Notes: a model not told the origin generated them from the letters alone. 63,895 bases of DNA, filler included, from Octopus bimaculoides (GCF_001194135.2; 5 parts of 5 records of this genome joined end to end with filler, not necessarily neighbours in it), one strand, 5' to 3'; numbered from the whole stretch's first letter, positions 33,928 through 49,085 are shown. Numbers and translations are program-made.

Positions 33928-35980
33928 CTTTAGTGTATGTGCGCATCTGTACATTTTCCCCTAATGTAAGTTGACGAAGGACGTAAATATCGACGAGAAA
34001 ACTGAAACGCGGTGCTCTTCAGACAAAGTCCTTTCCGATATTTGTTTTACACCATATAACAGACATTCTTTTGACGTTCTCACAGTTGTAGATGCAGAGA
34101 GACCGCGATTGATCCGCTGGGAACATATAACCACCAATACTTTTGTTAAGCAACTGCGGTAAAAAGAAAGTAGGCATAAAAAAAACATCTTTCTATTTAC
34201 AGGCATGACTATTTAGGAATCATATTATTTCCATTGATTTCATATTGGCACAGTTAATGAGGCTGAAGCACATAGCATATGATCATCAGAATTTGAAACT
34301 ACAACATTGTTATTCGAGATTTAAAGGTTGATCACATTGAAGATCAATAAGATTTTAATAATGAAATGTTCAAATTTTAAATTTTCACACACATTTCTCC
34401 AGATTTCCAGAAAGAATTTTTTTAGGTTTGAGCTGAGAGCGGACAAAATTTTTAAGGTCAAAACAACTGACAGAATCATTGGTTGGTCTGGTGCCAAATG
34501 TAAATAATTGGGAGAAGTAAACTAAGACAAAGAGTAAAGTAATATAAAAATATTTCTTTGTAATCAGTTGGGGAAATGTATTGATTAACTGAAAGCCATT
34601 TTGGTGTTATCTATAAAATTCAAGAATTTCTTAATCAATTGAACGGACTAATAATGCCAAAAAGAAACGTTAACAAAGAATAAAAGATGTCTGTCATTAT
34701 TAAGTAGTTTTTTTATTGCTTTTACTTGATATAAAGTAATGATCACTAGTTGTAGTTAAAAAAGTAAATGTAGTTTCTATTGTTTTATTGCCGTTCTACA
34801 ATTTGTTACCGAAGTGAATTACTTGAATGAACCTCTCATTCTAGTTTTTTAAAACATGTTTCAATAGAGTAATTAACTACACCGTTTTATAGATGTACAT
34901 ACATGTATATAGACACACACATACCATACCCACACATTTGCACATAATCATAACAACATAATGCAGTTTTAAAAATATTTCGAAACTTTTTGATTAAAGA
35001 TTTAAAGCTGGCACAGAAACACATTGCATAAATAAGTTAACTCCACCAGTCAGAAAAAATTGAATCTACTAATATTCTTATCATACATATCGACTACACA
35101 ATACTAACAACAGTACAAGAGTCACATAAACAAGTTAAAGCAGTTAAATATTTTCGTATTATTAAAAGCAGGGATTGATATGTAGTTATGGCGATGTTGA
35201 ATGCTACAACTAACTTTTTACAAAAAAAAGAAACAAACAAACAAACAAAAGAAAAAAGAAATTAAAAAATATATTTGATGTCATTCACTAGATATCCTCT
35301 CTTCAATTGAAATCCTAGACTTATCTTGAGTAAGATTAGATTAACAATTTCTCAGTTTCTTTTAGTAATATTTTGTTCCAGTTTACTTCGACCACTGAAA
35401 TTTTAGAATTGTTATTTCGACTTCATACTAACACATATCTTACATAGATATTGGCCTCAGCTGCGTCAAGTATTGCAAAGCGTTTATCATATCTGTCGGA
35501 TAACTAGAGCAGCTTTACTTTAATCCTACTATCAATATAGAAATACTAACCAACAGAGTATTATGAACGACCTGAGAGGCAGGTACACACATTCTTTGGC
35601 ATCAAAGTATTTCAGCTTAAAGAGTCTACTTAACAAAGACCCTAACACTTGTCCACTGTGATCTGGTCAGTGATTTTATCTCTGTGACTATTAAGACGAT
35701 TATTATTTCCATTTACAATAGAGCGAAATAAAATTCTAATGGATGGTGGTATCTAAATATGCTTATATTTGTTTTTACATTTCCAACTTTGTTCACATGA
35801 ATAATGATAGACAAAAGGAACAAGGGAAAGAAAGAAATAATTGTGTGTAAGTGAGAGAGAGAGAGAAAGAAAGAGAGACTGAAGGATGGCAAAAGAAAGT
35901 AAAAAAGTGAGAAGCAAACCATAGTAAATATATTGGGAAAAAAGAAATGGAGAGAACTGACATGCGCGCCCGCGCCCGCC

Positions 35981-36023
<43 letters not shown>

Positions 36024-39000
36024 NNNNNNNNNNNNNNNNNNNNNNNNNNNNNNNNNNNNNNNNNNNNNNNNNNNNNNNNNNNNNNNNNNNNNNNNNNNNN
36101 NNNNNNNNNNNNNNNNNNNNNNNNNNNNNNNNNNNNNNNNNNNNNNNNNNNNNNNNNNNNNNNNNNNNNNNNNNNNNNNNNNNNNNNNNNNNNNNNNNNN
36201 NNNNNNNNNNNNNNNNNNNNNNNNNNNNNNNNNNNNNNNNNNNNNNNNNNNNNNNNNNNNNNNNNNNNNNNNNNNNNNNNNNNNNNNNNNNNNNNNNNNN
36301 NNNNNNNNNNNNNNNNNNNNNNNNNNNNNNNNNNNNNNNNNNNNNNNNNNNNNNNNNNNNNNNNNNNNNNNNNNNNNNNNNNNNNNNNNNNNNNNNNNNN
36401 NNNNNNNNNNNNNNNNNNNNNNNNNNNNNNNNNNNNNNNNNNNNNNNNNNNNNNNNNNNNNNNNNNNNNNNNNNNNNNNNNNNNNNNNNNNNNNNNNNNN
36501 NNNNNNNNNNNNNNNNNNNNNNNNNNNNNNNNNNNNNNNNNNNNNNNNNNNNNNATATATATATATATACACATACCAATACAATAAGATACTATATCTA
36601 TTCCTCTATCTCCCCCACAAACATACTTACGCACCTACCTACCTACCTACCTCCCTACCTACCTACCAACCAGTCGTTCATCGCAGTAAACGTGGTTATC
36701 TTTCTGAAACCTTCCGTACATCATATTTCATTTTCTTGATATTTCACTCAAGCATTGCATTCATTTAATTACAGTGAGGTAACTCTATTGATTTACTTAC
36801 CAGTTGTGTAGACAATTATATAGACACTGCCATGAGAATATACATTAATACACGTGCGCGCGCACACACACATACACACACGCACACAAGTGTATCCATT
36901 TCATCTATATTCACCACCACCATACATACATACACTCACATTCATACTCCAATATATATATTAGAAAATGTAGGTGAATATTTTACTTTCGTCATTTTGA
37001 AATGTAAAAGTTATTAGGAAAAAGCCTCATCGTCAATGAAGACGCCAGTAAAGTCCAGAAACGTATGAATTGATTGCTTGAGTGATAATATGTAAAATAT
37101 AACAGACAATACTCTTTAATATCGTTGTCGCTGATACATTTCTGACTTTATGGCCTTCTCATTCATTTTTCTTTAATTCACATTCTCTGTCTTTAGTTTC
37201 ATGTCTTCTTTTGTCAGTAAATCCTTTATATTAAGTCACTATAAACTGAAGTTGCTGCTTTCTTTAGCCCGAGGTCAGGCTTGATCAGGTATATCTTTCA
37301 TCAAATGCGTTTCAGGTACGATCATCACGTTTCTTTGTATAACAGAAACTACGTTGTCCATCACATCCTTATTTACCTAATATAGATAGGGTATGATTTG
37401 AGGGAGATTTGGCTGCTGTTTCTAGCAGATCTAGCGAGTGCACTGAGATTGCAGCATTGGTAGGATATACTGAAGTGTTCATGAAGACTTGGTTTAGAGA
37501 ACAATTTCTTGTAAACGCATTCTGAGATTCAAAAGATGATCTAGGACATGCTTAGCGTATATGATGCGAATATATCTTATAATACATTTTTAAGTGTGTT
37601 GAAATTCTATACTGAACAGGAGGTTCACTCATAACATCATATCCTTCAGGAGCTCTGAGAAGTAGAACATTACTACACTGGCTGAAAGAAAACGCCGGTT
37701 GAAGAAGACTGCAGACTATGCCATCAAATCGAACCTATTATATATANNNNNNNNNNATATATATATATATATATAAATATATATATATGCAAGATGTGTA
37801 TTGTGTTGAGCAGAGACAGGTGAGCTGCCTCACGCGTGGGATGTGCTTAAATGTCAAATCGGAGACACATCTTGTTTATATGAGAGGAAGTACATTCGCA
37901 ATTACTGCTCCAAGCTCCCACAGGGGAATTAATACTAACATTCCTTCCCCCCACACTACTCGCGGTCAGTACTCTGCATCGACAGGTCTCTAACCAAGAA
38001 AAGTTATGCCAGTTCATAGTTCTTTTGATGTATATATAGAAAGAGAGGTAAGTTTAAATTAACGAACAGATGTAGAAGTGAGTTGAAACATGTATGCTGC
38101 AGGTGTTGATTTCATTAGATATTTTGATAAATTGATTTGTTAACATTTTATTTAACATAAAAATGCAATAGATTGGTTTTGAAATTTCTAATCACACTTT
38201 AGTCGCTAAACATCCATTTTTCCTTTTCATACATACATGCACACGTACACAAATGTACGTACGCACGCACGCACATATACAAGACTGTGGTTAAATCGAA
38301 AGTGTACATACATAAGTCAAGATTTCACAAGAAAAACGCATTTTCATGGATATCATCCGCGTTTTCGTATTAGATCTTCTGTCATAGGCTGTTCTTTTCG
38401 CCATAAATTGTTGAGGAAATATTCATTTTTGTACTTGAATTTTGAGATTAACTTATGCTTTCCAATGCGCACATAAAGAAAATAATACTTTTCTGTCAAT
38501 ATATGGTATTTCTCGGTCAAAAAGTAGTCCTCATTGCTTGGTATACCGAGCATAAACTTTGTTCTATTATTCTGTTATATTATATTCGTTCTCGTCTTTC
38601 AATACATACATCAGTATATTTTGACAAACCATTTCACTACTTTTGCTTATATTTCGGGAGGAGAGTATTGTGTTTGGTATACAATGAAAAAGACCTGCAT
38701 TTCTCCTAAAAGTGCTTTCAAACGAAGATCACGTAACTGTACCTCAGTCTGTTTAGAAACCGCACTGGGCTGTGTGATATTTTCTGATAATGAATGAACT
38801 AGTATTTTGTGTAAGTTCCTTGGACGGAACCTTCCTAGCAATGGGAATGAGCGTTACTATTGGAGTGCACGCATTTGTTTCCATAGATATTAACGCTATA
38901 ATCATCTTTAATTGTGGTTCAGAAGTTTGTTTTGCATAGACATGCGGATTAAATCCCTTTGTTTAGCACTTTGAGTAAGTGTCTTAGGAGTTGGATATTA

Positions 39001-39927
39001 AGTGGGGTAATATAATGAATTCATTTAAGCTGCTTGTGCTTCGTACTTTGGCATTGTGTTAAAATAGCTGCTCAAGAACTTCTTAAACGTACGGCTAAAT
39101 AAAAGAATCTGTTGGCTACAAAATTAATCGTATTTTGCGCGAACTTCCGTTTACTATGCGCGTATGTCTGTGCGAGCGCGAATGTTTGGGCCGAAATATC
39201 GTAGTACGAGTTAAGTGTAATATTTATTTTTCTTTATTTATAATAGTATTACAATGTATCCTTTTCCTATTCAATTTTAATGCATTTTTAATACATATAA
39301 AATACATTTTAATAAATTAGTTAATTTCTCTGCTACAACGTTGTCAACCAACGTTGTATGCGAAACAAACTTCTAAACCACACAGTCACGTGTGCGCCCA
39401 CGCCTTCTTGAGAGAATATTACACATGAAGTATAAACGTTTTTCAAGTAGATTTCGACTGCCGTAAGGAGATTAATTTTTAGGAGCACTTTTCAAGGTTT
39501 ATTCCATAAATTGACGAAAATTTAACTAAAATATTCCCAAGATCATTTCGGGAGAAATCAATAAGCCAAGAAAAGAAAAACTCCATTAAAGTTAGAAGCT
39601 TTGCAATCAAGAAAGACAACATCAACAGAAGGTAATGAACTGTAAATTTCTTCCTGATCGATAAGCCATGTTGATATAAGGGAAGTAAGAGAAACAGCAG
39701 ATGCTCTTTTGCACGAGTGTTTAGTGGGATCTGGAACGCAGGAAATTGAGACGTAATTAAATGAATTATGAAATACCCTCAATGTTGGAACATGACAAAT
39801 CATTTGCAAATAATTAGTAAGGGTTATATAAATTCAACAGTTTATGGAATATACTTGTCAAATTATAATAAGGAAATTTTTACATCGTATAATTTTACTT
39901 TCTGCTGAATAAGATTTGAAAATAAAA

Positions 39928-40066
39928 GAAGAAGAAGAAGAAGAAGAAGAAGAAGAAGAAGAAGAAGAAGAAGAAGAAGAAGAAGAAGAAGAAGAAGAAG
40001 AAGAAGAGGGGGAGGAGGCGGCGGAGGAGGAGGAGGAGGAAGAAGAAGAAGAAGAAGAAGAAGAAG
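39928..40066 (+). repeat. (GAA)n/(GAG)n polypurine microsatellite
   Basis: Seen directly; it produces the poly-E, poly-S, poly-L and poly-F ORFs of the track. Confidence 0.95.
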
Positions 40067-41154
40067 TCGTCGCCACAACAGCTAGAAGTCAAAGTACGAA
40101 GCATAATCTGCCTGAATTAATTATCTTACTCTTCTTTAATTCAGCGTCTAATATATTATCATTAGGAATTTCATTGGATACAAAAAGATCTCATTCGCCG
40201 GAAAATATAATCTAATCATAGACACTTGTATCAAAGTAGTAATAATATAATAAATTAAGGAAAGGGAAGCATATAATTTGTTCAAACTGTTTTCCATGTT
40301 GTAGTGTCTAGTTAAAAACAGAAATACACAAAGCATATTTAAAATGACATTGTCCCGTAATTCATTTGCATAAAAGAGGAATCGATATGAAGTCCCGGAA
40401 TTGTCTCACTTGAAGCTCACCACCATTTAACGACACCTAATTATATATACAGTGATGGGGAATAACAAGAAGAAAAACAAAAATAGATGAAAAGTAATTT
40501 TTCAAATAGCATGATCCCAATTATAATGGATAATGTTCTCTGGAAATAAATTTGTTCTGGAATATTTAGCATAATACTAACAAATGAAAATAGCTCCAAG
40601 ATTTCATCGATAGAAGATCGTATCAACTACTTTTCAATGGTAGTCATTATATTGCTTAATATTTTGAAGGTTTATTTTACAAGATTCAGTCATGAATTCA
40701 AGAGACACATTTGATAGTATCAGTCGCAATTGCAAATATAGATTGAGCGTATTCAGTATATGGCACCATTCCTATTAGTATACTGTGAAAGAGCAACACG
40801 ACGTTAACGTCCTCTTATATATAATGCTATAGACAACATATGCATTATTATGCAAGCAAATGATTCATATCAAAATTTTCGTGATAAGGAAACATCTCCG
40901 AGAAGACTGTCATAACTGAAACAGAAACCGAAATCTAATGTTTTAAAAGTTGGACACCGTATATTTATTCTTTTTTTGTGTTTTCTTTTTACTCGTTACA
41001 GTCACTGGAATGCAGCCATGCTTGGGCACTGCCTTGAAGTATTTAGACGATGAAATCGCCTAGAATACCATGGAAATCTGAATATTTAGTTTACTAATAT
41101 TAAGTTTATAGCCATAAAAGATTCACAAGCAGATAAAATACAAATCTACAACTT

Positions 41155-41204
<50 letters not shown>

Positions 41205-41585
41205 GCACAGATACACACTCACCACATTGACTACGCAATTATGATGAAAAAAATTCGGTCTCAAACCAGGAAAAAGAATACAGCCAATTACGAGATGTAA
41301 AACTATGAACTGTAATAAAATCTCTTAATAATAATAATAGTCGATATAAGTGTTCGTTGGTTTATTTCTTCAGTCAAGTTTTACGTCATAAACCGAGAGG
41401 GGGAAAGCGAGAGTAAAAGAGAGATATAGAGGACTGGATGAGTGTTAGGACTTTTTGAAAAATATATAAAAAACAACACATTTTTGAATGAAATTTTGCA
41501 GAAATAGCTTTTCCAATTAGTAGATTGCGATTATGTTAATAATAATAATAATAATAAAAGATAGCATATATTTGTAGTAAATATC

Positions 41586-42003
41586 TTTTACCTTTTATTT
41601 TTTGTTTCAGTCATTAGACTGCGGCCATGCTGGAGCATCGCTTTCAAGGATGTTTAGTCGATTGAATCGATCCCGATACTTATTTTTTTGTAAAGGCCGG
41701 TACTTATTCTGTCGGTTTCTTTCGTCGAACCGCTACTGTTACGGGGATGTAAACAAACCAATACAGGTTGTCAAGCGGTGGTGGGGGACAAAAACAGACA
41801 CAAAGGGGCACGCACATAGATATATATCAATATATATTATACACAGCGGGCTTCTTTCAGTTTCCGTCTACTGAATCCACTCACAAGGCTTTGGTCGACC
41901 CGAGGGTACAGTAGGAGTCACTTACCCAAGGCACCACGTAGTGGGACTGAACCTAAAACCATATAGTTGGGAAGCAAACTTCTTGCCACACAGCCAAGCC
42001 TGT
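41586..42003 (-). mobile_element. tRNA-derived SINE, full-length antisense copy
   Basis: Reverse complement of the 49481-49951 family. Confidence 0.8.
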
Positions 42004-43929
42004 GAAATGAGAAGTTTATTTAATTTAATTTACTTCATATAAGAAATATTTTTCTTTTGAAAATTAGTATTCATTTAATCATTTTTGTAAAAGCTTCAAG
42101 AAATATGACAAAATGAAATACTGTGTCCTTGTTAGCAATTAATATTTACGTACCAACTGCGAGGAATGTGTTCAATATGTAAATTGGTTTACCTAATAGA
42201 GTAACACCACTAAACTTAATAGGTATTTAAGCAATGCGTTCATGGATAGTTGAGGAGTTGGATGTGGTACTGACGAAAGAGCAATAACTCTTGAAATAAT
42301 ATGCTACCTATTCCTTTATGCATTCTTATTCCTCTTCGATCGCATTGTTTACATAAACGTATTTATATACGAAACTCCGTAACTCTCAGGGCTGACTCTG
42401 AATTCGATTGAGATAAACTTAAAAATGATAAAAGTTAAATGATAATTATTGCACGTATACCCTATCTCCTGATATTGCCCATAGTGGCAAAAATATACGA
42501 TCAAAGTTGTAGTTGCTCGCCATATGATGGGTTACACTCTCGTAAATAAAACATTTACTGTGAAATGTATTTTGCCATAGAATCTTTTTCCCGCAGTTCA
42601 TCCTTGAAATAACAATCTACACAATACAGATATAAAAATATAAGTAGTATCCACGCTTTATTTACATGCCGTTTCTCTTGTTTTTAATCATTTCTTTGTA
42701 TTAAAAAAAGCAGTAAAGTGTGTTTGTTCAAGCTGAGCCCATGTCAAGAATACATTTTCGAATGCATATATTGCATGAATATATTGCACGTATACTTTGA
42801 AGAGGTATAAATAAATGTACAGTTATTTACAGAAAATAAATATTTGTTTGAATACCCTAGAATAATGTTGTATCTCTTTTCACTTTCAATTTTATATATC
42901 TACATATAAAAGCGTTACTCCAGCATGGTCTTAGTCACGATGGTTGAAACAAGCTAAAAAACACAACAAAAAAACAAAATGAAAAGTGCCCATTTCCAAA
43001 GAACTATGTTTGTGTATGAAGCCATGTAAAAAGGATCCTTTGAGATTAATTCTATATTTTCTATTTCTATTTTTACGTATTATTAGATTGGGGAAGAAAG
43101 CAGATTGACTTTTCTGCTAAATACATCTATTAGTTCTTTGAAGAGGAGATCAGTAATCCATATATTAGAGATTGTTGATCGCATTTTCTACCCAACGGCG
43201 CTTTTACACATCCATTTCTCACTCTCTATGCTGTATACTCTTCCACTCTTCTTTTCTTTCTTGAACAACTATCACATTTTTTTCTATTTTCTTCACGTGA
43301 ATCATTTATTTCCAATCAGTTCATCGTAAAATCCACAATTTCTCGTTCTCTGTTGTTTGTCCTATCTTTTATTGACAATTATTATCATTTTCTTTTTGCT
43401 TTTAGCATCCACTCTCGCTAAATAAACACAATCGATGCCACCTTTTTTCAATAGAATTCTTTCCCACACTTACGGATAAATGCACAATATTTGCATCATT
43501 CTCATCATTACTATTTTCTTTCAGTGTGTGGGTATTCGGCACCAATGAGAACTAATTTAGTGTGGAAGAACATTCATATTAAATGTCGACACAGTGCTAA
43601 ACAATGTAACATTAATTGCTACCTATTAATATAATGTACAGGTAGCAATATTACTATCATTATTTGAATTCTGCCGCGCGCGCACACACATATATACACT
43701 AAGCACAACCGTGTGTCTTGTGTTTGTGCGTCACTCTCTATATCTATCTGACTACTCTATATATCATTTCATCTTAGCGTACGCACACACAAACGTACAC
43801 ACACTCACACAAACACATACACACACAAGCAAAAGAAACGTAACTAGTAAACATCTCTGAACATCTACACTTCTCTTTCCTAATACGTGTTTTAACCATG
43901 TCACTGTTGAAAGTTAAGCAATGTGTGTT

Positions 43930-44520
43930 CGATGGACATGTATTTGAAGGCGAGGCAATATTTACTCAAGTTAAGTCGTAATAGATTTGGAGCGACCAGA
44001 AATGGTGAATGATAAATCTAGGTTGTGAGCGCAAAATTCAGAAGAGGCTAATTTTAAAAAACGAAATTGAGGAAAAGAAAAATTACTAACAGCAAGATAC
44101 GAGCGTAATGCTGTTATGGTATGAAGTCTGGGAAGTGCCTTCAATATATATGATGTCTATTGATGCTTACTGTTGCTGAATCACCTCGAATATTAGGTGA
44201 AGTTTACAAGTAAACATCATTAACAAACAAGACAATGTTAGATGGTTTGCCGAAGGTATTCAGTAGAGTTACTGATGAATTATCTATAATATTTAAGTGG
44301 AGGTTAGCATACTAAGTGCAGTGAGCCAAAAAAGTTAATTAATTAAAATTCTGTCCGTAATGAAGTGAATTAGCTTTAATGACTAATTTTGGTCAAGAAA
44401 CATAAAGGAGGCAATTCTGAAATCCAATCTAATTAAACATTGAATGGAGGCAGAGCTGTTCGTGACACAATGGAGGGTCAATATAAATGGGTGAAGAGTC
44501 AAGTACTAGAAGCACTAGAA
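43930..44520 (+). mobile_element. Very decayed LINE (RTE-like) 3' remnant
   Basis: Only motif shadows remain (LLxG/YEVW-like, IDAY..RILG-like, WRxAVRD-like), with no continuous frame. Confidence 0.3.
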
Positions 44521-44718
44521 ATTAAGAAAGACAACAAGCATTTTAAGATAGAACACACACACGCATATATGTATGTATGTATGTATGTATGTTATGTATA
44601 CACGACTTAGCATGGAAGTTGTCTTATAACATCAAATACAATGTTATATGTATATGTGTATATATATGTATATATATGTATACATATATAATATAAATGA
44701 TATATATGTATATATATA

Positions 44719-44760
<42 letters not shown>

Positions 44761-45329
44761 NNNNNNNNNNNNNNNNNNNNNNNNNNNNNNNNNNNNNNNN
44801 NNNNTTAATTAATTAANNNNNNNNNNNNNNNNNNNNNNNNNNNNNNNNNNNNNNNNNNNNAATGTATATATATATAAATGTATACATACATATATGCATA
44901 TTTATATATATATGAGGAAAGGAATCTGAAAATGCAGGAGTCTTTTAAAAGTATTTAACTGGATTGACTTATTCAATATATTTTCAAAAGTAATAGTTAC
45001 ATAAATGCATTCAAATCAAGTAATAGAGTCTTTGATAATGATAAGGAAAAGTTTGAAGCTTTGTGTATCCTCTGTGACGAGTCAAAAAATAGTTTACACA
45101 AAAACATTCAGATCAGGTAATGAAACTTTTTACACTGAAAAGAAGATAAAAATTAGTTTACATAAATATATCAAAATCAAGTTATAGAGTTTTTGACAAG
45201 AAGATAAAACATGTCTGGTTTGTCAATCAGTGGGTGCTAAAGTTTTAGTCTCACTCTGATCAGAAACCATAATTGTTTGCAGCATCCTAAACTGAAAGAA
45301 AGATGAGTAGAGAGATAACAGACCATTTA

Positions 45330-46500
45330 TAGTTCTCGAATCTGGTTGAAGGGTGTCCCATCTGGATGGAATTTAATTGTTACCACTATTTTATACAGAG
45401 ATGGTGGCTCAAAATTGCCTTCTTTAAAAAACAAAGAAACAATGTGGTTGGTTGATGGCTGTCACAGGATCAAAAGATGGTTCTGTTTTTCAAAAAGAGT
45501 TGGCTTAGAATTGCTTTCTCTCTAAAACCAGTGTGGGTGGTTGATGGCAGTCACATGATCCAAAGGTTCTAATAGTTGTTGCAAAGAAGGTGAAATCAAT
45601 AGCAAAACAAAATGCGTTTAAACAATTGGCTGATAGGAGGGAACAAAATCCTCTGCATGGCAAATATGTGGCCCGTAGCAAACAAGCCGATGTAGACCAG
45701 AAGCACACCCATCAATAGCTAGGGAACTCAGGGTTAAAGGCAGAGAGTGAAGGCTTTATCTTGGCTGCTCAAGGTCAGAGCTTATTGACCCGGAATTATC
45801 AAGTCAATGAAAAATGGTGTGGACCCAAAGTGCCAATACTGCAACGATGGGATAGAAACAGTCGACCACCTAATCTCTGGGTGTAAGGTTTTAGCACCTG
45901 TAGAGTACAAATCAAGACATGACAGGGTTGACTAATATCTACACTGGATAATGTTTTGGCATTATAAAATCAAAACTGCTGTCAAATGGTACAATCATCA
46001 CCCTGAGGCTGTAACTGAGGGAGAAAATGTAACGATTCTTTGTGAGTTTCCATTATGTACAAGCCGGACCATCAAAGCAAATAAACTATATATTGTTGTG
46101 AAAGACCAAAACAATAAAGTCTGTTTATTGATTGACGTGAGCATGCCCTGTGACCATAATATCTCGGCAAAAGAATTTGCTAAGCTCAGAAAAATAAAGA
46201 TTTGCTAATCGAAATTGAAAAGATGTGGCAGTGATTGTTGAAAAGATGTACCAGTGATTGTTGGAGCATTTGGAATGATAAAAAAAGAACTGAAAATTAT
46301 TCAAGAATAATACCTGGCTTACCATCCATGCAGGAAGTGCAAAAGATTGTCTTCAGTGGTACGTCAAACGTACTGAGAAGAGCCTTGTTGCTGTGAATTT
46401 TCTTTCCCTTTTCCCTTTTATTTTTTTGTTTACTATTTTATTTTTTCCTTTTCTTCTCTTTCCCTTTCTGTCTCTTTTCTTTCCCTTTCTCTCTATCACA
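45330..46500 (+). mobile_element. 3' fragment of an RLE-type (R4/Dong-like) LINE
   Basis: LKAESEGFILAAQGQSLLTRNY, CCHC knuckle (C..C..ETVDHLISGC), RHDRV, endonuclease-like IKANKLYIVVKD...CLLIDVSMPCD..K, and VPVIVGAFG...VLRRALLL* (stop 46394-46396). Frameshifted; pyrimidine-rich tail. Confidence 0.8.
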
Positions 46501-47397
46501 TGACTTTGTAAATGAACAATCTAGTGTGTTTATTTTAATGGCCTACAAATGCATACAGTGCGTTTCTCTGTCCTAGGTGTCAGAAAGACACTCCGCAAGA
46601 AATGGAAACAGAATTGAAAGATGATAATTAAAATAATCCCGATGGAACCAGGGAGCATCCTTAACTCCAAAACGAAGATTTTCGGGTCATGTTTACATTT
46701 TAGGAAATTCCTGCTAGCCTTTTGAAGTCTGNNNNNNNNNNNNNNNNNNNNNNNNNNNNNNNNNNNNNNNNNNNNNNNNNNNNNNNNNNNNNNNNNNNNN
46801 NNNNNNNNNNNNNNNNNNNNNNNNNNNNNNNNNNNNNNNNNNNNNNNNNNNNNNNNNNNNNNNNNNNNNNNNNNNNNNNNNNNNNNNNNNNNNNNNNNNN
46901 NNNNNNNNNNNNNNNNNNNNNNNNNNNNNNNNNNNNNNNNNNNNNNNNNNNNNNNNNNNNNNNNNNNNNNNNNNNNNNNNNNNNNNNNNNNNNNNNNNNN
47001 NNNNNNNNNNNNNNNNNNNNNNNNNNNNNNNNNNNNNNNNNNNNNNNNNNNNNNNNNNNNNNNNNNNNNNNNNNNNNNNNNNNNNNNNNNNNNNNNNNNN
47101 NNNNNNNNNNNNNNNNNNNNNNNNNNNNNNNNNNNNNNNNNNNNNNNNNNNNNNNNNNNNNNNNNNNNNNNNNNNNNNNNNNNNNNNNNNNNNNNNNNNN
47201 NNNNNNNNNNNNNNNNNNNNNNNNNNNNNNNNNNNNNNNNNNNNNNNNNNNNNNNNNNNNNNNNNNNNNATACACACACACACACACACATATATATATA
47301 TGTGTGTGTATATGTTTGGTATATGCAACTGAGGTAGTATTTAATGAAAATAACCACGTATAAAACATCTATATACTATATACATAGATATGCATAC

Positions 47398-47590
<193 letters not shown>

Positions 47591-47951
47591 TTTAAATATA
47601 CACACGCATATATATGGCCATGTATATGTATCTAGACATTTATATACTTATATATGTATATACATACATACATACATACGTACATGAGTATCTTTGTGTA
47701 CATGTGTATTAGAAGGTTTTTCCAGCCACTGTACATGGTATATTGTAGTAAGATGGGGTACAGGAAGAGTTGGGATGTGTGGGCGTTGTAATCATGTGGT
47801 CTGTTTTAGTCCAGGTAACTATTATTATCTCCCTCACCACCTCACAATTATACACAGGTAATTAACAGCCAGTAACACACCATTAATACTACCATAGTCA
47901 AAGGAGGAAAACGTTCAATTTACCCAGCTGGTTTCCTGTTTCGTCGGCTCT

Positions 47952-48016
<65 letters not shown>

Positions 48017-48458
48017 NNNNNNNNNNNNNNNNNNNNNNNNNNNNNNNNNNNNNNNNNNNNNNNNNNNNNNNNNNNNNNNNNNNNNNNNNNNNNNNNNNNN
48101 NNNNNNNNNNNNNNNNNNNNNNNNNNNNNNNNNNNNNNNNNNNNNNNNNNNNNNNNNNNNNNNNNNNNNNNNNNNNNNNNNNNNNNNNNNNNNNNNNNNN
48201 NNNNNNNNNNNNNNNNNNNNNNNNNNNNNNNNNNNNNNNNNNNNNNNGAGTAGGTGGTGTAGTATGTTTCGCAGATATGTTGTGATGATGTCCAATTACT
48301 ACAGAAAATACCAACGGCTGCTGTTTTTGAGATTGAAGTCTGTAAGAGGCGAGCATGTTTGATAAGATATTCAATGGTGTCTTTAGTTTCCCTTCTTTCA
48401 GATAGACTCATTCTTAGTCTTGCATATTTCTTCCTTCTCAATTTTCTCTCCCGTCCCC

Positions 48459-48529
<71 letters not shown>

Positions 48530-48734
48530 CCCTTTTTTGTTTGTCTGTCAGTTTATCTGTCTTTTCCCTCTCTCTTTCTCCTCTCACTGTTGTCGCTACC
48601 TCGTTCACTGTTTATAGATACATACATACATACATACATACATACAACAGTATTATATCTTATGGAAAAGTGGTGGTGGTGGTGGTAGTAGTAGTAGGAG
48701 CTGACGAGACAGGAAACCAGCTGGGTAACTTTTC

Positions 48735-49085
48735 CATAAGATATAATATTGTTGCTAAGACTATTTACAAAACTATCCAGAGAAAGGCTTCTCCTGACAG
48801 TCACATTGGAACCAGAATTTATTTACACCTTTAGAAATATAGATTATTCCAATATCAACAACACAGTGCAAACACGATCTTCTAATATTATTCAACTGGA
48901 CAAAGAATACAAATCATGCGCTGTTGTAGATAGAGGTCAGCTGCTCAGTGGATGTAGATGTCTCATCTAAAAGTGAGAGAAAGAACAATTATGATGAACT
49001 AATGAGAAACATACAGATCTGTCCGGTTTCTGTGACTGAGGAGGAGATAACCACGCCGAAATGCTTGCATCTCACAGACTGAGTA
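48735..49085 (+). mobile_element. Highly decayed RLE-type LINE 3' fragment
   Basis: IRYNIVAKTIYKTIQRK and RSSNIIQLDKEYKSCAVVD resemble the RHDxVA...RPDIVxxDK..C.IVD motifs. Confidence 0.4.

Noticed and set aside
35713-36768. Long ORFs of 260-290 aa (also 46530-47368 and 47898-48441)
   Set aside because: They are made of N-gap codons and dinucleotide repeats.
39558-39809. 83-aa minus-strand ORF and + strand fragment DIREVRETADALLHECLVG
   Set aside because: No recognisable domain or consistent exon structure.
39858-40215. Poly-Glu, poly-Ser, poly-Leu and poly-Phe ORFs
   Set aside because: All are translations of one (GAA/GAG)n microsatellite, with no splice or homology support.
46560-46640. 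Strong acceptor ctctgtcctag| followed by CQKDTPQEMETELKDDN*
   Set aside because: An isolated 17-codon frame with no partner exon or homology that I can see.
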